From the NCBI RefSeq assembly GCF_006345805.1, contig NW_021834346.1:1-64000 (forward strand): a stretch of 64,000 bases of DNA, written 5' to 3'. How positions within the stretch are numbered: position 1 is the first letter of the stretch; each line of letters starts with the position of its first letter. The notes below the pieces were generated by a model that worked only from the letters and a program-made list of their open reading frames with translations, did not search any database and was not told the origin of the DNA. This document shows, in pieces, positions 25,400-39,173 of the stretch. The position numbers and the translations under genes are program-made. This DNA is from Octopus sinensis. Taxonomy: Eukaryota.

Positions 25400-25750
25400 C
25401 TAAATCTTGAAAAAGAACAGCATTGTGCGAAGATCTAAAAAGATACAAAGTCTCTGTTGGATGTTTACAGAAGACAAAACTGCATGGGGAATTAGAAGAG
25501 AAACTGTCGGGCTATCACTTCATCTCATTCCGAAGTGAATGCAGACACTTTGGTCAAGGATTTGTCCGTGAGAAGAAACCAACCATTATTAGCCCAGGAT
25601 CTTTGCCGAGGACAGTGAAAGAGTCGAAAAGGTTTACCACCTTGCACTTTTCTTTCCACCATGAAGCAAGTCGGTCTTTGCCAGAGTGACGGAAAGCGTC
25701 CTGGCGGATAACTACCTTTCTTTTTAGAGAAAGCAAGTCCCTTGTTTGAA
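25400..25750 (+). mobile_element. RTE-like APE endonuclease fragment
   Basis: LKRYKVSVGCLQKTK...GYHF...GQGFV. Confidence 0.6.
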
Positions 25751-26279
25751 TGCCATTAGTGTTGCTTCAATATTATCAAAGATGAGCAGCAACTCGGTTT
25801 TCATCAGTTTTCATGCTGAAGAGCAAAATATGTGTGCATTTCATACGCTTTCAAATTTGTCGCCTTCGAAACTTATGGAATCTGCGACTTAACTTCTTCC
25901 TGACACTAAAAAGCGGCATGTAGCCAACCTAAGAGTTCTTGCCAATCCAGCAAACAACCGGACGAAATCAAGAAACGAAAGAACCGAGTTTGTTTTCTGA
26001 TTGTGGTCTACTCTAATAAGACACCAGATGTCCCTTAAACAAAATAATGACACCTTTCACCACTATTTATTTAAGTGGTTAAACAATTTTTCAATAAATC
26101 GTACAGCGTAGCTTTGTTTTTATGCTAAGTATATGAGCCATAAATACACAACTAATTTATTGGAAATAGACAAGTTAGTCTTTTCAGCTTTCCAAGATTT
26201 AAACGATAATTCAATTCCATTCAATTTCATTGTTAAAAAATATTGCGTTAAAAATTGCTGTAAGACTTAACTCGAGCTC

Positions 26280-26390
26280 GTTTAAAGCATCAATTGGGTG
26301 GTTGGACCGTTTCAAAAGGAGGCATGAACTATTATTCAAAACTCTTGATGGAGAGGCCATTTTGAAAGTAGACTGACGGATGAGCACTTG
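26280..26390 (+). mobile_element. Tigger CENP-B HTH fragment
   Basis: ASIGWLDRFKRRHELLFKTLDGEA. Confidence 0.65.
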
Positions 26391-26949
26391 AATGATTTTA
26401 TTTTACGACATGTGGAAAATAAACAATTATTCAACCGAGAAGAGGATAAAATGTTGTGATAGAATTGAAACTGAGGAAATTAGAATGCTTGACATACTAA
26501 ATAAACTCGAATATAATAGGTACACAAAATTTCCCGAAAATCTTATTTTCCATATAACAAACTCGTCACTAAATTAAAAGAGGAAGATAAGGAGAAATGA
26601 GAAGAGCTAAACGAAACCAAGAAAACGAAAGAATCGAAAACCAAAATTTACTATTAATTTAAAATGAAATTAATCTAAAAGTAAAGGAAAAGAAAATTTG
26701 AGGAACAATTACAATCTATTATATTTATTCATGATTAGTTTTAATAAATATTAATGTTGTTTATTTACCTAAAAAAATAAAAATCAGATTCCATATTTAA
26801 ACCATTTGGTAGAAATAAAATAAAAAATAGTAAAAATACAAAAAATGTTTAGAATAGAATAGTTTTTTTATTTTTCCAGACCAAAACCCAAAAAACAACG
26901 AAAGAACATTAATAAGGAGATTAAAAAAGACAGCGAAATGTGTCTTTCC

Positions 26950-27550
26950 ATGCTAACCACAATTATAATTACTTAATATAACTTTTCTCCATGACTATCT
27001 GGATCGTGAGCACAGAGGATTCTAGCAAGTCTTTTAGCTTCCCGTCAAGTTTTACACAATTAGGCAGCTTCAATGCGAAAAGTCTTGTTTTTTCGAACAG
27101 TTCGATAAGGTAGTTACTCTCCTCTGTACCGAACCAGCTCTGTAGCGATATGTGAGTACTGGCTGTAAACACGTAGATGTACGTTTCCGGATCCAGATAT
27201 AACTTGTTAGGCTTTTAAAGATCCTTAAACTTTTTTTTAATCTGATTTGCAACTTTGTCGGCGTACGAACCACGACAGTTGATAATTAATCCATGATAAA
27301 GTAAATTCAAGCTCTTGGATAGATCACCCATAGCATAAACACACGACGCCGCACAACGATTCCCTTTCCGCATCAATGAAACGGTGCTCTTCTCAGGTGC
27401 TATGGTCGAGCCCTTTTCTGCTGTCCACTTTTTTAGCATGACAATGTATGACTTCAGATATCCATGAACCAGATTTATCAGCATGATGCCCCTTCCAAGT
27501 TATACACACCCCGATAGGCAGTTTCCACACGAGCATAAAATTTTTTTCCA
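26950..27550 (-). mobile_element. Decayed LINE RT/post-RT fragment
   Basis: LKKWTAEKGSTIAPEKS resembles the RT thumb region; frameshifted. Confidence 0.5.
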
Positions 27551-27779
27551 GGCATTGATAGATCTGTTAAAATTTTTTACAAATAAAATATATAGCAAGA
27601 AAATTTAAGTACATTTATATTTTTTTAAATATATTTTTGAAAACTCGTGGTTTTTATGTCAACGTGTGTCAAAATTCGAAAATGGAATGAAGACTATGGT
27701 CGCGTTTTAACAAGATTTTATATTCTCAGACTTGAAATCAAGGAATTTCTATTTGAAAAAACTCTGAACTACTTGATTG

Positions 27780-28050
27780 TTTCAAATCTCCAGATTTTGT
27801 TATTTTTGTGGCATATTTAGCTGACATTTTCAATCACCTTAAAGAGTTGAATCTTTCAATTAAAGGGAAAGGGATAAGCATTATTAATCCTTCTGATAAT
27901 CTAAATTCCTTCAGAAATAAACTTTTGTTATGGACTCTCCGTATTTAAGGCAATAATTTGTCCAATTTTCCAACGTTTGATAAAGTTGCTATTGATTCCG
28001 ACTTGAATTTTGATAAAACTATTAAAAAAGAAATCAACAATCATCTTGAA
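27780..28050 (+). mobile_element. Buster-like hAT transposase fragment
   Basis: AYLADIFNHLKELNLSIKG...FRNKLLLW. Confidence 0.7.
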
Positions 28051-28064
28051 TTCTTGGTATTTTT

Positions 28065-28225
28065 TTAATTTTGGCCGTCTCAGCCTTTTCCGCAGCGAAC
28101 CCGGGGGAAGTGGCAGATGACATGATTGTCGATGGAGAGAAAGAGTCGATGCACGTAGCATCCCAGACGAGGCACTTGCCTTCCCGAAAAGGAAAGGTTG
28201 TCATTCCCTCCCTCCTCTGCATGTT
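28065..28225 (-). mobile_element. CRE-clade fragment
   Basis: GMTTFPFREGKCLVWDATC...AAEKAETAKIKK. Confidence 0.75.
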
Positions 28226-28339
28226 ATCTAAAGCTCTGGAAAAACTGATACTCAACAAAGTCAAACATTTCTTTTCTGACATGAATTTCCAAGATAGATG
28301 GGAAATCGGCGGCCTCGCATTTTGCCACGCTGACTAACT

Positions 28340-28900
28340 TTATCTCAAAAGGACTAACGACGAGGAAGAATCTATACAAAAAGTACAAGTTCGAGCTCGA
28401 CGTATTTTCCAAATATAGTACCTCAAGGCTTGTCTTTATCTCAAGCTCTTCTCAACTTAAACTTATCGGATCTCCCGATGCTAAAAGGTGAAGATTTAAT
28501 TGTTCTATCATATGCGGATAATATTTTGATTGCCCTTCACAAACGAGAATTCGGAACAGCCGAGGTAAAGCTGTAAAATTACCTCTACTAGTAAACCGCC
28601 CAGGAAAGTCGATTACTACTCTCCTTACTTTAGCGAAGAGACTCGAAAAGTGGGAGTAAAGATGTGTTTATTGATGTGGAGATACCATTCCAAAAATCTC
28701 AAAATATTTTGGGAGTAACATAGACGCCCATATATCTTTCTCACCGCAAGTGAATGATGTGATCACGAGATGTATGAAGAAACTCAACATACTCAGAATT
28801 TTTCTTCGGAAATGCAGACAGTAGACGAGTTTACCACTCGCCAAACCGTCTATAAGCAATACATAGAAGCCACAATTAGTTACGCTCGCACAGCTTTAAG
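28340..28900 (+). mobile_element. LINE RT fragment
   Basis: SQGLSLSQALLNL...YADN...RCMKKLNILR...YKQYIEATISY; same family as 58100-58490. Confidence 0.7.
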
Positions 28901-30776
28901 AAATACGATTAGCTACATCAGTGATTCTTAACGGAGGCGCTGAAATTTTATTTTTTAAATTATTATAAATATGTATTCGTTTTTGTAAAACATTATCACG
29001 TGCTTTTCTATTAATTCTAAATTCAAATTGTCTTGTTTTTGCTTAAACAAATATTAATATTTTTTTGTTAATTGTATTTAATATTTTATAGGTGTCTAAT
29101 AAAAAAATATAACGACGTATATATTCGAGTTAATATCTAAAGTTTGGAGTGATATCCTACGAGCATAACAATTCACGTCCTATAGGTCTCCTATATAAAA
29201 AGGTTTTACAAGTGAAGGAATGAAGCCCTCAAGAATGCTAAATCATTTTAAGATTTGTCATCCTGAGAAACTTGATGCGGATATTAATTATATTTCTAAT
29301 TTAAATATAATTATGAAAATCGTTTTATGATTAATCAAATATTTACAGAAAATTCGAAGATGCTTGAAAAAGGCCAATTTGCATCATACAAAATATCAAA
29401 ATTGATAGCGTAATCACGAAAACCTTATACTCTTGGAATTCTTGAATATTATCAGCTGTCAAAGAAGTGTTAAATTTAATGGTTGATTGTGATTCTGAAC
29501 AGCTAATTTCATCAATTCCTTTGAGTAATAGTTCAGTCTCTTCCAGAATTGATGAGAGAATTATCATGTTTTTTATTAAAAAATACACCTCTATGAAAAC
29601 ACTATTAAGAAAAAAAATTTTATTAATTTTCAAGTCTACAAAAATTTGGGCTTATTTTTTATTATAATGTTTATCAGGTCGAAAAATTAACGGTGAATGT
29701 TTTTTTTGCATTGAGAAACTATATGAAACTTCGCTTTAAAGATTTAGCAAATTAAAAAATTTTTTGATTTGTATATAAATCCATTTGAAACTGTAAACCA
29801 GCGATTCCCAACCGGGGTGCCGCGGCACTTTTGGTGCCGCGAGGTCTGGTTTTAGGTGCCGCGAGATCTTTAATATTTAAAATTATTTATAGTTGTATAA
29901 TAATATTTTAATTCAATGATCAATTTAATTCACTAACGTTATCAAAATGATCAATTTTATTAAAAAGAGGCCTCTTCTTTATCGATTATTTAAAAATTTG
30001 TGCCAAGATTTTGATAAAGAAAATACCACTCTATTATTCCACACAGACATCAAATGGCTTAGTCGAGGGAAAATTTTAGCCAGAGTATATGAACTAAAAG
30101 AAGAAATGTACCAATATTTTCGACAGTTAAATAAAATTTACTTTGTTTCATGTTTCGAAAATAAAGAATGGTTATTAAGGTAATTCTGAATAATTATTCA
30201 TAACATTTTTATAGGTTGGCGTATTTGACTGATATATTCAAGCATATAAATTCGTTAAATAAGTCTTTACAAGGAAATTTTAAGAATGTGTTAACTTCAA
30301 CTGATAAAATCCTTAGATTCAACAGAAACTAAATATTTAGAAGAATCATGTAAAAATTAATGATTTAATCATTATTTTCCGTCTCTTAATATTGAAATAT
30401 ATGATTGGATTAGAAATCCATTCTCCGAATCATGTGACTATCAACTTTCTCTAACAGAAGAGGAGGAGCTTTGTCAACATTAAAAATTAAATTTACTGAA
30501 ATGAAGACAGATAAGTTCTGGATTTTGATAAAAGATTCTTATCCTTCAATTTTTAGAAAAGCAATCAAAATATTGCTTCAGTTCTCAACATCATATAAGT
30601 GTGAACAAGCTTTCTCTTGTCTCGTCGACATTAAATCAAAAACCAGAAACAGGTTGTTATCAGTCAAAAACCAGAAACAGGTTGTTATCACCTCCGCGTA
30701 TGTTTGCTGCAAATTCGTCCCCGTCTGGAAATTTTGTGTGCACATAAACAAGCACAAGTGTCTCATTAGTTATTAT

Positions 30777-33700
30777 TAGGGCAACCACAAAGTTGACCTA
30801 AAAAAAGCAAAAATTGACCTCCATAAAGTCAACAAAATTGATTCAAAAAAGATGAAAGTTGACCAGAATGTAAACCTAAAAAAAGTTTTTCAGATAATTT
30901 TTATGCAATATTTTTTTCTAGAAACATGAATTATATAGAATCATATAATATTTGACGTTTTCAGTTTTAAAATTTCGGTCTTTGGCCAAAATTTTATGAA
31001 GAACTGAAAACGAGCGCTCTACTGAACACGTAGTGGCCTGACACTGGAGTAGTTGAAACTTTTCCAAAGGCAAAAAAATTCCATCTCCGTTAACAATTTT
31101 TAAAATTTCATTCGTGTTCAATCTCTTTTCGACATATTCATTTATTTTACATGTATCTTTTTTGAAATCGAGTTTTCTCAGAAAATTGTATGCTTTTTGG
31201 ATAGAAAAGTTCCTTGACTCAATTTCACTAAGAACATCAACGAGTGGGGAATATTGATTCCATATCTCCTTAAATCATTAAGAAGTCCTTTATTTTTTAT
31301 TGATTCCATTGCTCTCCAAATCAATATGGATTCTCCTTTTAGCGAATTGCATATTTCCAACACTCTGGGAAAATTTTCCCCATAGTACTTGATTGCTCGG
31401 AGCCAGCTTCCCCATCTAGTAACAATAGGTTCTGGAGGTAGTCCTATTTCAGCAAATAGTTGCCTTCGACTATTATTTTTCAAAACAAGTCTTTTTATAG
31501 AGGCAATTAAGTTATCCACTACAGGATAATTTAGTTTTATCCTTAATGCACAATTGTGAATTAAATGTGCAATACATGTTACGTGGAATAAATTAGGATA
31601 CAAATTTTTTAGTGTTTTTCCTGCTGAAATCATATACTTTGCCGCGTCGGTTAATAACAAATAAAAATTTTTCCTCTCAACATTTGCACATCGAATCATC
31701 CACAATCTGACATAGAATTGACGCATTAAGCGAAGAATTTAATGGTACACAACCAATAAGATAGCTGATTTGGGGATCCGTTTTTTTCCCAATAAGAATA
31801 TTTACATATTTTTCACTACCAGCGTCAGTCTCATCCACGATTAAAAAAATTTTTTCATTAATTAATGTCGCGCGCAATGAGATGAAACGCGTGCCTAAAG
31901 TGAAACGCTGTGAACCTTGAGAAAACCACAAAAAACCTCGAAAATAAAATTAACAATCTTTGATGAAAACAGGAATAAACCGAGAAATAATTTTTTATTA
32001 TTATCGTTTGAAAGATTAACAATTTATTTAAATAATGGTAGCCAATTTAAAATTACCAAAAAGTTAAAAATATTTTAACCTGAAAATTTACCTGTCTAAA
32101 TTTTTTAACTTGTGATTAAATACTATTTTTTCATTTCCATCTTGATTTTATTTTAACTCTATTATTTGAAATTAAATCTCAACAGTAAAGATTTGTTGAT
32201 GATAAAAAGATTCTAATTTTGCTTCTTCGTCCTTTGATTTGTATCAAAATCTTTTTTCAGCTAACACATTATTTCAATTGCAATTTCTTTCAAGTTAAGT
32301 TCTCGCCGCTGGAACTTAACTATTTTCGGTGTTAATTGTTAAAAAAAAATCAAAACAAAAAAAAAAAAAATTTCTTTCAATGTTTTTGAAAAATTTCGTT
32401 CCATTCTTTCAAGATATTTGTCATTTATGATAGTTTGATTTTCATGTTCTTCAATTAATTCATCATCATTATAATAAGAAATGTTATATCCTCTTGTTCG
32501 GAAAAAAGCCATAAATGGTGACATATTTATAGAAGAATGAATTGAAATATTGTACTGATATACAATTTTTTCTAACACGTCCACCCATTTTTTCTGTTTG
32601 TCTGTGAGTTCTTTTTGAATCCATCTGCAAATGGTTTGATTGCAACGCTCCACTTGTCCCTGTGATTCTGGATGTCTTGGACGTCCCCTTTTATGAATTA
32701 TTTTAAATTCTTCACATAATGACGTTATTTCTGAATTAACAAATTCTGTTCCGTTGTCAGACTGCAGAATTTTTGGTGGACCATAGGAAAGAAATATAGT
32801 TTTCAATGATTCCGAAACTGTAACTGCTTCTTTATTTTCTATTTTTTTAGCAAAGCAAAATTTTGAATAAATATCTATGACATTCATAAGATATTTATAG
32901 GAATCATTTATATCTGCATAAAACGAAAGATCGACTAAATCAATTTGATAGCTAAAAATAAGCTATTGAATGAACCGTTCTCGAGGTTCTTTGGCTACTA
33001 TGTTGACTAGTGGATATTTTGTCTTTAAGGGCTGACTTCGCTGACATTTGTGGCATGATGATATTACATCCCTAATTATGTTTCGATTGATTATGCAAAA
33101 ATTATTTTTGCAATACTCTTCCATTTTATTAAATCCATAGTGATAAATTGAATGAATCCTTTCACAATGCAGTTTCATGGATTCGAAATCATTTGAGGCA
33201 ATTACCAATATTTTGTTTCCATCAGATTGTTTATAATATAGCACACCTATCATTAGATTTAATAGTACCTCCAGAATTTACGAAATTTCTACATTTTTTG
33301 AGAAAACGAAATCTTTTTAGTCTTGAAAAATCTTCTGGTATTGTATTATTTATTAAAAAAATCAAGAATATTCTTATACTCCTGATCATCCTTTACAATG
33401 TTGGCAAATCTCATTTCGATAATATTATCTCAAAGTGCGCAATCATCTTTAATATTGACTTGATAATTGTCAAGAGCTTAATTGAAGGTTAAATTCAAGG
33501 TCACGGCGTTTCACTTTAGGCACGCGTTTCATTTATGGCGCGTGACAATTAACAAGCTGATTATCTCATCGACACGTCTTTCGGCCAAAATTTTGACATT
33601 ATTTCGGCATTTGGATTCTAAAGGGTAACTCGAATCCGATAGTATTAAAAAAATTGATTAATGCAGGATTCCTTAGTTTATATAAAAAAATATTTGCTGA

Positions 33701-34255
33701 AACAAATGCTTCAGTCAGATTTAGTAAAAAATCATTCTTATTAACAGTGGTGGGAAGAAACGTTTGAATCGTCTTTTTAGATTCGTTTATATGTGAAATA
33801 TGTTTCTGTGTAAATCTGTGTTTTTCAACAAACCATTTTTTATGGCATGTTACACAAATATCGCATAAATTACAATATAATGCTCCACCCGGGGTAATTG
33901 AAAATTCATTGGGAAATTCTTGGATAATTCTCTAGGCTTTCGAGTACATAGATTTTTTCGACTTAGGCATCACAACAACAATGAAATAATAGTCAGCGTG
34001 GCTGAAAATTTGATATTTATATTTTTTTAAAAATTTTTAAACGGAAAATTAAAAAATGACACAAAAATTGACAAAGTTGACCTAAAAATGAAAAAATTGA
34101 CAAAGTTGACCTAAAAAATGAAAAAAATTGACAAAGTTGATCTAAAAAACTTTCAAAATAAAAGTTTTTTTAAAATAAAAATTGTATTTCTAGTATTTTT
34201 ATGAAAGAATAATTATTTATTGTTGCGTTGACTTTATTGACTTTTGGTTGCCCTA
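30777..34255 (-). mobile_element. hAT element (second family) nested in the Buster element
   Basis: TIRs TAGGGCAACCA / TGGTTGCCCTA, 8-bp TSD GTTATTAT, subterminal TTGAC repeats; motifs LIVDET, LLTDAAKYM, TCIAHLIH, CSVERSFS. Confidence 0.92.
31866..33547 (-). mobile_element. Ginger2-like DNA transposon A, splitting the hAT transposase
   Basis: About 55-bp TIRs (TGTCRCGCGC...ATGAAACGCGTGCCTAAAGTGAAACGC) and 5-bp TSD ATTAA; retroviral-type integrase with HHCC, VID, QSDNGTEF, SQGQVERCN. Confidence 0.92.
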
Positions 34256-34262
34256 GTTATTA

Positions 34263-36113
34263 TGTGACATGGGCGGCTGGATACGTATGGGCAACCGGTT
34301 ACCTGACGTGACCTTGAAGCTTAACTTAATGTCAATATTGTAATTAATATTAAACTTCAAAGAATAATAACTTGTTAATTATTTTTTAAGTCTGGACATT
34401 GGCACAATCGAAATTTCGCTCATCGAATTTTTTATCTATTAAATTTAAATGTTTAAGCTACCTCAACGCGATTGTTCGATAAAATACTGATAATTTCTGC
34501 AGATGGATAATATGGAGATTCAAACTTATCCAGTCGCAACGAAGGATTTGTTCCAAAGTCTTTTTTAACTCGAACCTAAACATTAATTTTTATGCATACC
34601 TTATCACCAACACTAAATTCATACTTACTATTGTGAACATTCATTTTTCTGTTCATCGCTTTGTAATAATTAGAATTAGGATCAATGGGGTTGATTTCGA
34701 ACTGAAATCTTTTCGGACTTGTAAACGAATAATTACAATCATCTACATATAGAAATTCAAATTACATGAATTTTCAATTGGACTCGGACAATTGTTTGCA
34801 TCATCGACTTGATCAGGACTCAACAAATCATTACTTGAATTATCTAAGGAATAATTTTATAATTACAACCATAAAATATTGTATTTATTCCACTTATTCC
34901 CCGGTATCTTTCAAAAGGGCTCTCATTAGAAGATGAGTGGACAGAAATGTTATAACTGTACACTGCATTTTCTAATTTTTCCAGCCACTTTTTATTATCA
35001 TTGTCGATCATTTTTGCCATTTTTCTTGTAATTGACTGGTTGAAGCGTTCGACAATCCCTTGTGAGCGGGGATTGTTTGGCCTTCCGTGAATTCGTTTGA
35101 TATTGAATTCCTCACATAGATTGGTCATTTCACGATTCTTGAATTCAGTCCCATTATCGGACTGAAGAAATTGACACGGACCATTTAAGAAAAATAATGA
35201 TCTAAGGTTTTCACAAACTTCATTTGAGGACTTAGTGTAGAGCGGCCTCGCAAATGCAAATCTATAAAAATTGTTAAAAAAACTAACCTGCTATATACGT
35301 CAATGACCGTTAAAATCCATTTAAAATTTTTATTTATAGTAGAAAAACTTTTCAGATCTATAAGATCTATCTGAAATCTTTCATTTGGGCAAGATGCAAA
35401 GACATGGTTATTTATATCTCCAATCTAGGATTTAAAAAAGTTAAAACTTTTAAGGGTCGCGCAAATTTACAAATTTCACAGTTTCGAATGACTTTTCGAA
35501 TAATCTCGTTTTTAACTGTGAAATATCGTTGTCGACATTCATATTCAATTTTGTTAACTCCTCCATGCGAGAAGTCATGCAAACTTTTAGCAACGATCTC
35601 CATTTCGGGTTCATTGTCTAGACAAATCACTAGCTTGTGATCTGAATTCGCACATTTAAGATACAATCTATACATTTACAATTTGTATGATACCTTTCAT
35701 TAATTACAGTAAAATTTTCAATTTTCTTAACTAGTCTATATTTTTTTTGCTTTGTAAGATATTCGGGAAATTTATCCTGTAAAGCATCTTTTAAAATTTG
35801 ATATTCCAAACTATTCTTTACATAACCTTTGTACGAGGACATTGCTGCAAAATATACTTGCACGCTAGAAATAATTCAAGAATTTAGGTTTTCCATCAAA
35901 AAAAAATTAATTTCTGATAATTAAATTCTACAAATATAATTTTTTGTCAAAATGAGAGAGTCTTTAGCTAATTTAGTAAATTATTAAATGATAAGAATTA
36001 GTCGCGGTTTAATTAAAAGATTTATAATTTAATCCCATCAATGTCATAATTGCACATTTCAAGGTCACGTCAGGTATCACGCGGCCCATAGGTATCGCGC
36101 AGCCCATGTCACA
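34263..36113 (-). mobile_element. Ginger2-like DNA transposon B
   Basis: TIRs TGTGACATGGGC / GCCCATGTCACA, 5-bp TSD TATTA; integrase VID|QSDNGTEF|SQGIVERFN with a 26-nt intron at 35262-35287. Confidence 0.92.
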
Positions 36114-36839
36114 TATTATAATTACTTTTGGTAATTTTTTGTTAAGTTTCTTGAATATATTAATTAAAAAAACATTTCAAATGAATATTGATTTTTTAAG
36201 TGCCGGGAGAAAAAAAAACTCAGTTTTAGGTACCGCGAGCACAAAAAGGTTGGGAAACGCTGCTGTAAACGTTAATCTATCTCAAGAAATAACAGAAAAT
36301 TTATTAAATCTGAAATATGATTTTGAAGCTAAAGTCATTTTTAATAAACATGGATATCATCAATTCTGGATTACATATAGAATCGTAAATATGGAATGAA
36401 GTTTATTTCAATCTTCTATACGGGAGTCTCTTTAAACTTTCGTGCTCCAGCCCTTGAGAAGCAAGATCGTCAATCATGAAATAACTGAACACTTACGCTG
36501 GAAAAATTATTTAGAGACCTGAAGGAACACCGAATCATCAAGTGAATTCGAAACTTGTTAATTTGCTCAAATCGAAAGGTACTTTGGAAAACCGCAAAAG
36601 AAGATGTCATGTCGAGTCTATTAAATACTGCCTGAGATTGAAAAAATCAAATCTATTATCGCAAAAATGGCCAAGTCTGAGGTCGAAAGTAAATGGAGGT
36701 CAGAATGCCAAAAAATTAACAAACGAAATGCTAATTTCTGGAAAATATCCCGATGTCTTAGCAAAAATGATGCCAAGGGAGTTGAAATCTCGCTAAAAAA
36801 CCAGATGATAAATACATTCGCTCTGATCTCGTCCCGGAT

Positions 36840-37330
36840 GCACTCAGAGATCAATTCAGTCGGGTAAACAAGATCGATTCCGCCGTTCCTTTCTTCTACA
36901 CATGCCACGAGCACCCTTGTCCAAGAGATTCTCCAACCCGTTACCGAATCTTCTATGGACTCAAAGTCAGTCTTTACGGAAAGTCGCTGTCTTGAGTTGT
37001 CTCTTGAGCTTCCGCAGAATACGCACACACAGAAAGAATGTGACAGGATCCTCTGTGACCAGGTGCCAGAGAAGTTCCAGACGCCTCCCTCGACATTCGC
37101 CCTGAACGACATAATCAAGCGGATTCTCGAAACTGTCGGATTACCATTACAGTTGGAATCGGTCGGCCTGGTTCGGGAGGATGGTAAACGTCCTGATGGC
37201 CTAACAACTTTCCCCTTTGAAAATGGCAAGTCTCTCATCTGGGATGCAACTTGTATGGACACCTTCTCTGCTGGTAACATCTTTACGTCAGTCGGAAAGC
37301 CGGAGCTCTCTCATAAACACAAACTCATGT
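36840..37330 (+). mobile_element. CRE-clade fragment
   Basis: QKECD...LNDIIKRIL...[34 protein letters not shown]; a related snippet lies at 38290-38360. Confidence 0.8.
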
Positions 37331-38648
37331 GAAGGTTCAACAACAGTCAGTGATTACGAAATGGTTATTGTCACCTTCAGCCTGGCAAAGAAACATAACA
37401 ACATTACAAATAATATTATTGAGAATACAAGAAGTGGATACACAACAGGAAAACTGACCTAGGGCACAACTGAAGAGGAATTGGAGAAGCTCGACTCGTT
37501 TTACAGAAATTACAAATATAAAAAAATAAACAATAAAATACTGAAAAAGATCAAAGTAATGTAGAATGAAACTAATTTAATTGAAAAATCGACAAAGAAA
37601 ATTAATGAATTGATAATATAAATACAAATTAACTGGCAAAATAAACTTTATTCAAAGAACGACATTCGTTTGTATGGTGTGTTGGGTGATATGATCTTTA
37701 CGTCTAACAATGGGGTGGTTCCTCAAATGTCGCAAAATCTGTCGTTCTGCAGTTCTGGCACAAATGTTGTTTTATGATGATGAAGAGAACGAGTAGTCGA
37801 CCAGCCAATTCTACAAGAATATTCGGGTAGACTGCAGTTTCGAAGTTTTCCTCAACCATTTATGTAAAATAGACATTAGAAGATTTTGTGAATGTTTTAT
37901 ATGAGGTACCTATTTAGAACTTTACAATCGGAATGAATTATGCTCTGTTTTACTTGGTTTTGCCATTGATTTGTCGGGTTTGAATCGATGTGAGTTCACT
38001 GTCCAGCTGCTCTCAAAGAACGAGGAGATATGGAGTCCGATGACGACTACGACCTCCTACTCTGCCTCTGAATGTGTCCGATTCAGATGCCTATGAGGAG
38101 TCACCATTCCCCAAATGACGAAGACGATCATACGGATCACGTGGTTTGTGTTTTTTGAAAAAGTCCAGCAGTGCGACAACCGACGGGATTATATGACGAC
38201 TAAAAAGACTCCGACGCCAGTGTAGAAAGAAATTAATTTAATTAAAAAAATGCAATTGCTTTTGGGCAATTGCCGTCAAGACTTTCTGTGTTTTTGGGGT
38301 CTCGAAACTGTCGGATTCCCATCACAGTTGGAACCGGTCGGCCTGGTTCAGGAAGATGGTTTGAGTTTGTTAATTATTCCTCATTAACACTTTTATATTG
38401 TTAAGCATTTACTTCCTAAATTTACATTATATATGTATCCTACATGAATAAAATTAGTGATTAGTTTAATGCAATTTACTGGGGGCATGCGACATTTATA
38501 GAAGATTGGTTAAAAAATCCCCATACAAAAAGTCACGATTAAAAAATTTGCGAATAAAAACGTCGTCGATTTTGCTCTTAAGAAGAAAAGGACTGAGGTT
38601 CACCAGATTCCATGTCATTGATACGTCTCTGTACCGTGTTGTTACTCA

Positions 38649-39173
38649 GTGGAATTGATTGTGTTCGATATTGAAAAATACGCATCAATGTTTGACAAAG
38701 TTAACGAATTTTTGATTGTTAAAGATATACCAATAACGAATATAGTTGTCTATGCAACTGATGGAGCACCTTCCCTTAATACAGTTATTTCTTCTATTAA
38801 TCTCATCGAAGTGGGAATCACTTCCCAGGACCGCCTGAAGCAGGTTGAAAAATGCCATAAATACGATATATTGGCAGGAGAGTTGTCCATTCTTTACCAC
38901 GCTCAAGTGAAAATAATTCCACTGGTTTTGACTTGGGACGGGCTTGTTTCCAAGTTTTATAAGAACTACGTTGAAAAGTTGGCTATCGAAGACGCAACTC
39001 AGTCTTATATACAGTCAGTTGTGTTAAAGAAAACACTGATTGTTGAGCACATGCATGGGATCAGAATCACTGATGAGATAAATTCAGCAAGTAGCCTCTT
39101 AATTGAAGCAAGTCATTCGTACGAAGATAATATGGAGAATGAGGGACTTCCTCCTCTAAAAGGAGGAGATTAA
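38649..39173 (+). mobile_element. Chimeric open frame: hAT fragment fused to an R4/Dong-like LINE RLE domain
   Basis: IPITNIVVYATDGAP (Buster-like) joins near 38780 to LIEVGITSQDRL...KYDILAGEL...IIPLVLTWDG...YIQSVVLKKT. Confidence 0.65.

Larger units (their letters stand above)
29799..36262 (+). mobile_element. Buster-type hAT element hosting nested insertions
   Basis: TIRs CAGCGATTCCCAACC / GGTTGGGAAACGCTG; perfect 8-bp TSD CTGTAAAC; transposase pieces (LFHTDIKWLSRGKILARVYEL) with a 35-nt intron at 30180-30214. Confidence 0.93.
29090..36400 (+). mobile_element. Outer Buster/ZBED-like hAT remnant split by the 29799-36262 insertion
   Basis: BED-like MKPSRMLNHFKICHP near 29220; LYINPFETVN at 29770-29798 continues as VNLSQEITENLL...GYHQFW after 36270. 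Confidence 0.65.

Noticed and set aside
37630-38230. GC-richer segment possibly of viral or MULE origin
   Set aside because: All frames are broken and no diagnostic motif was found; cannot be classified by eye.
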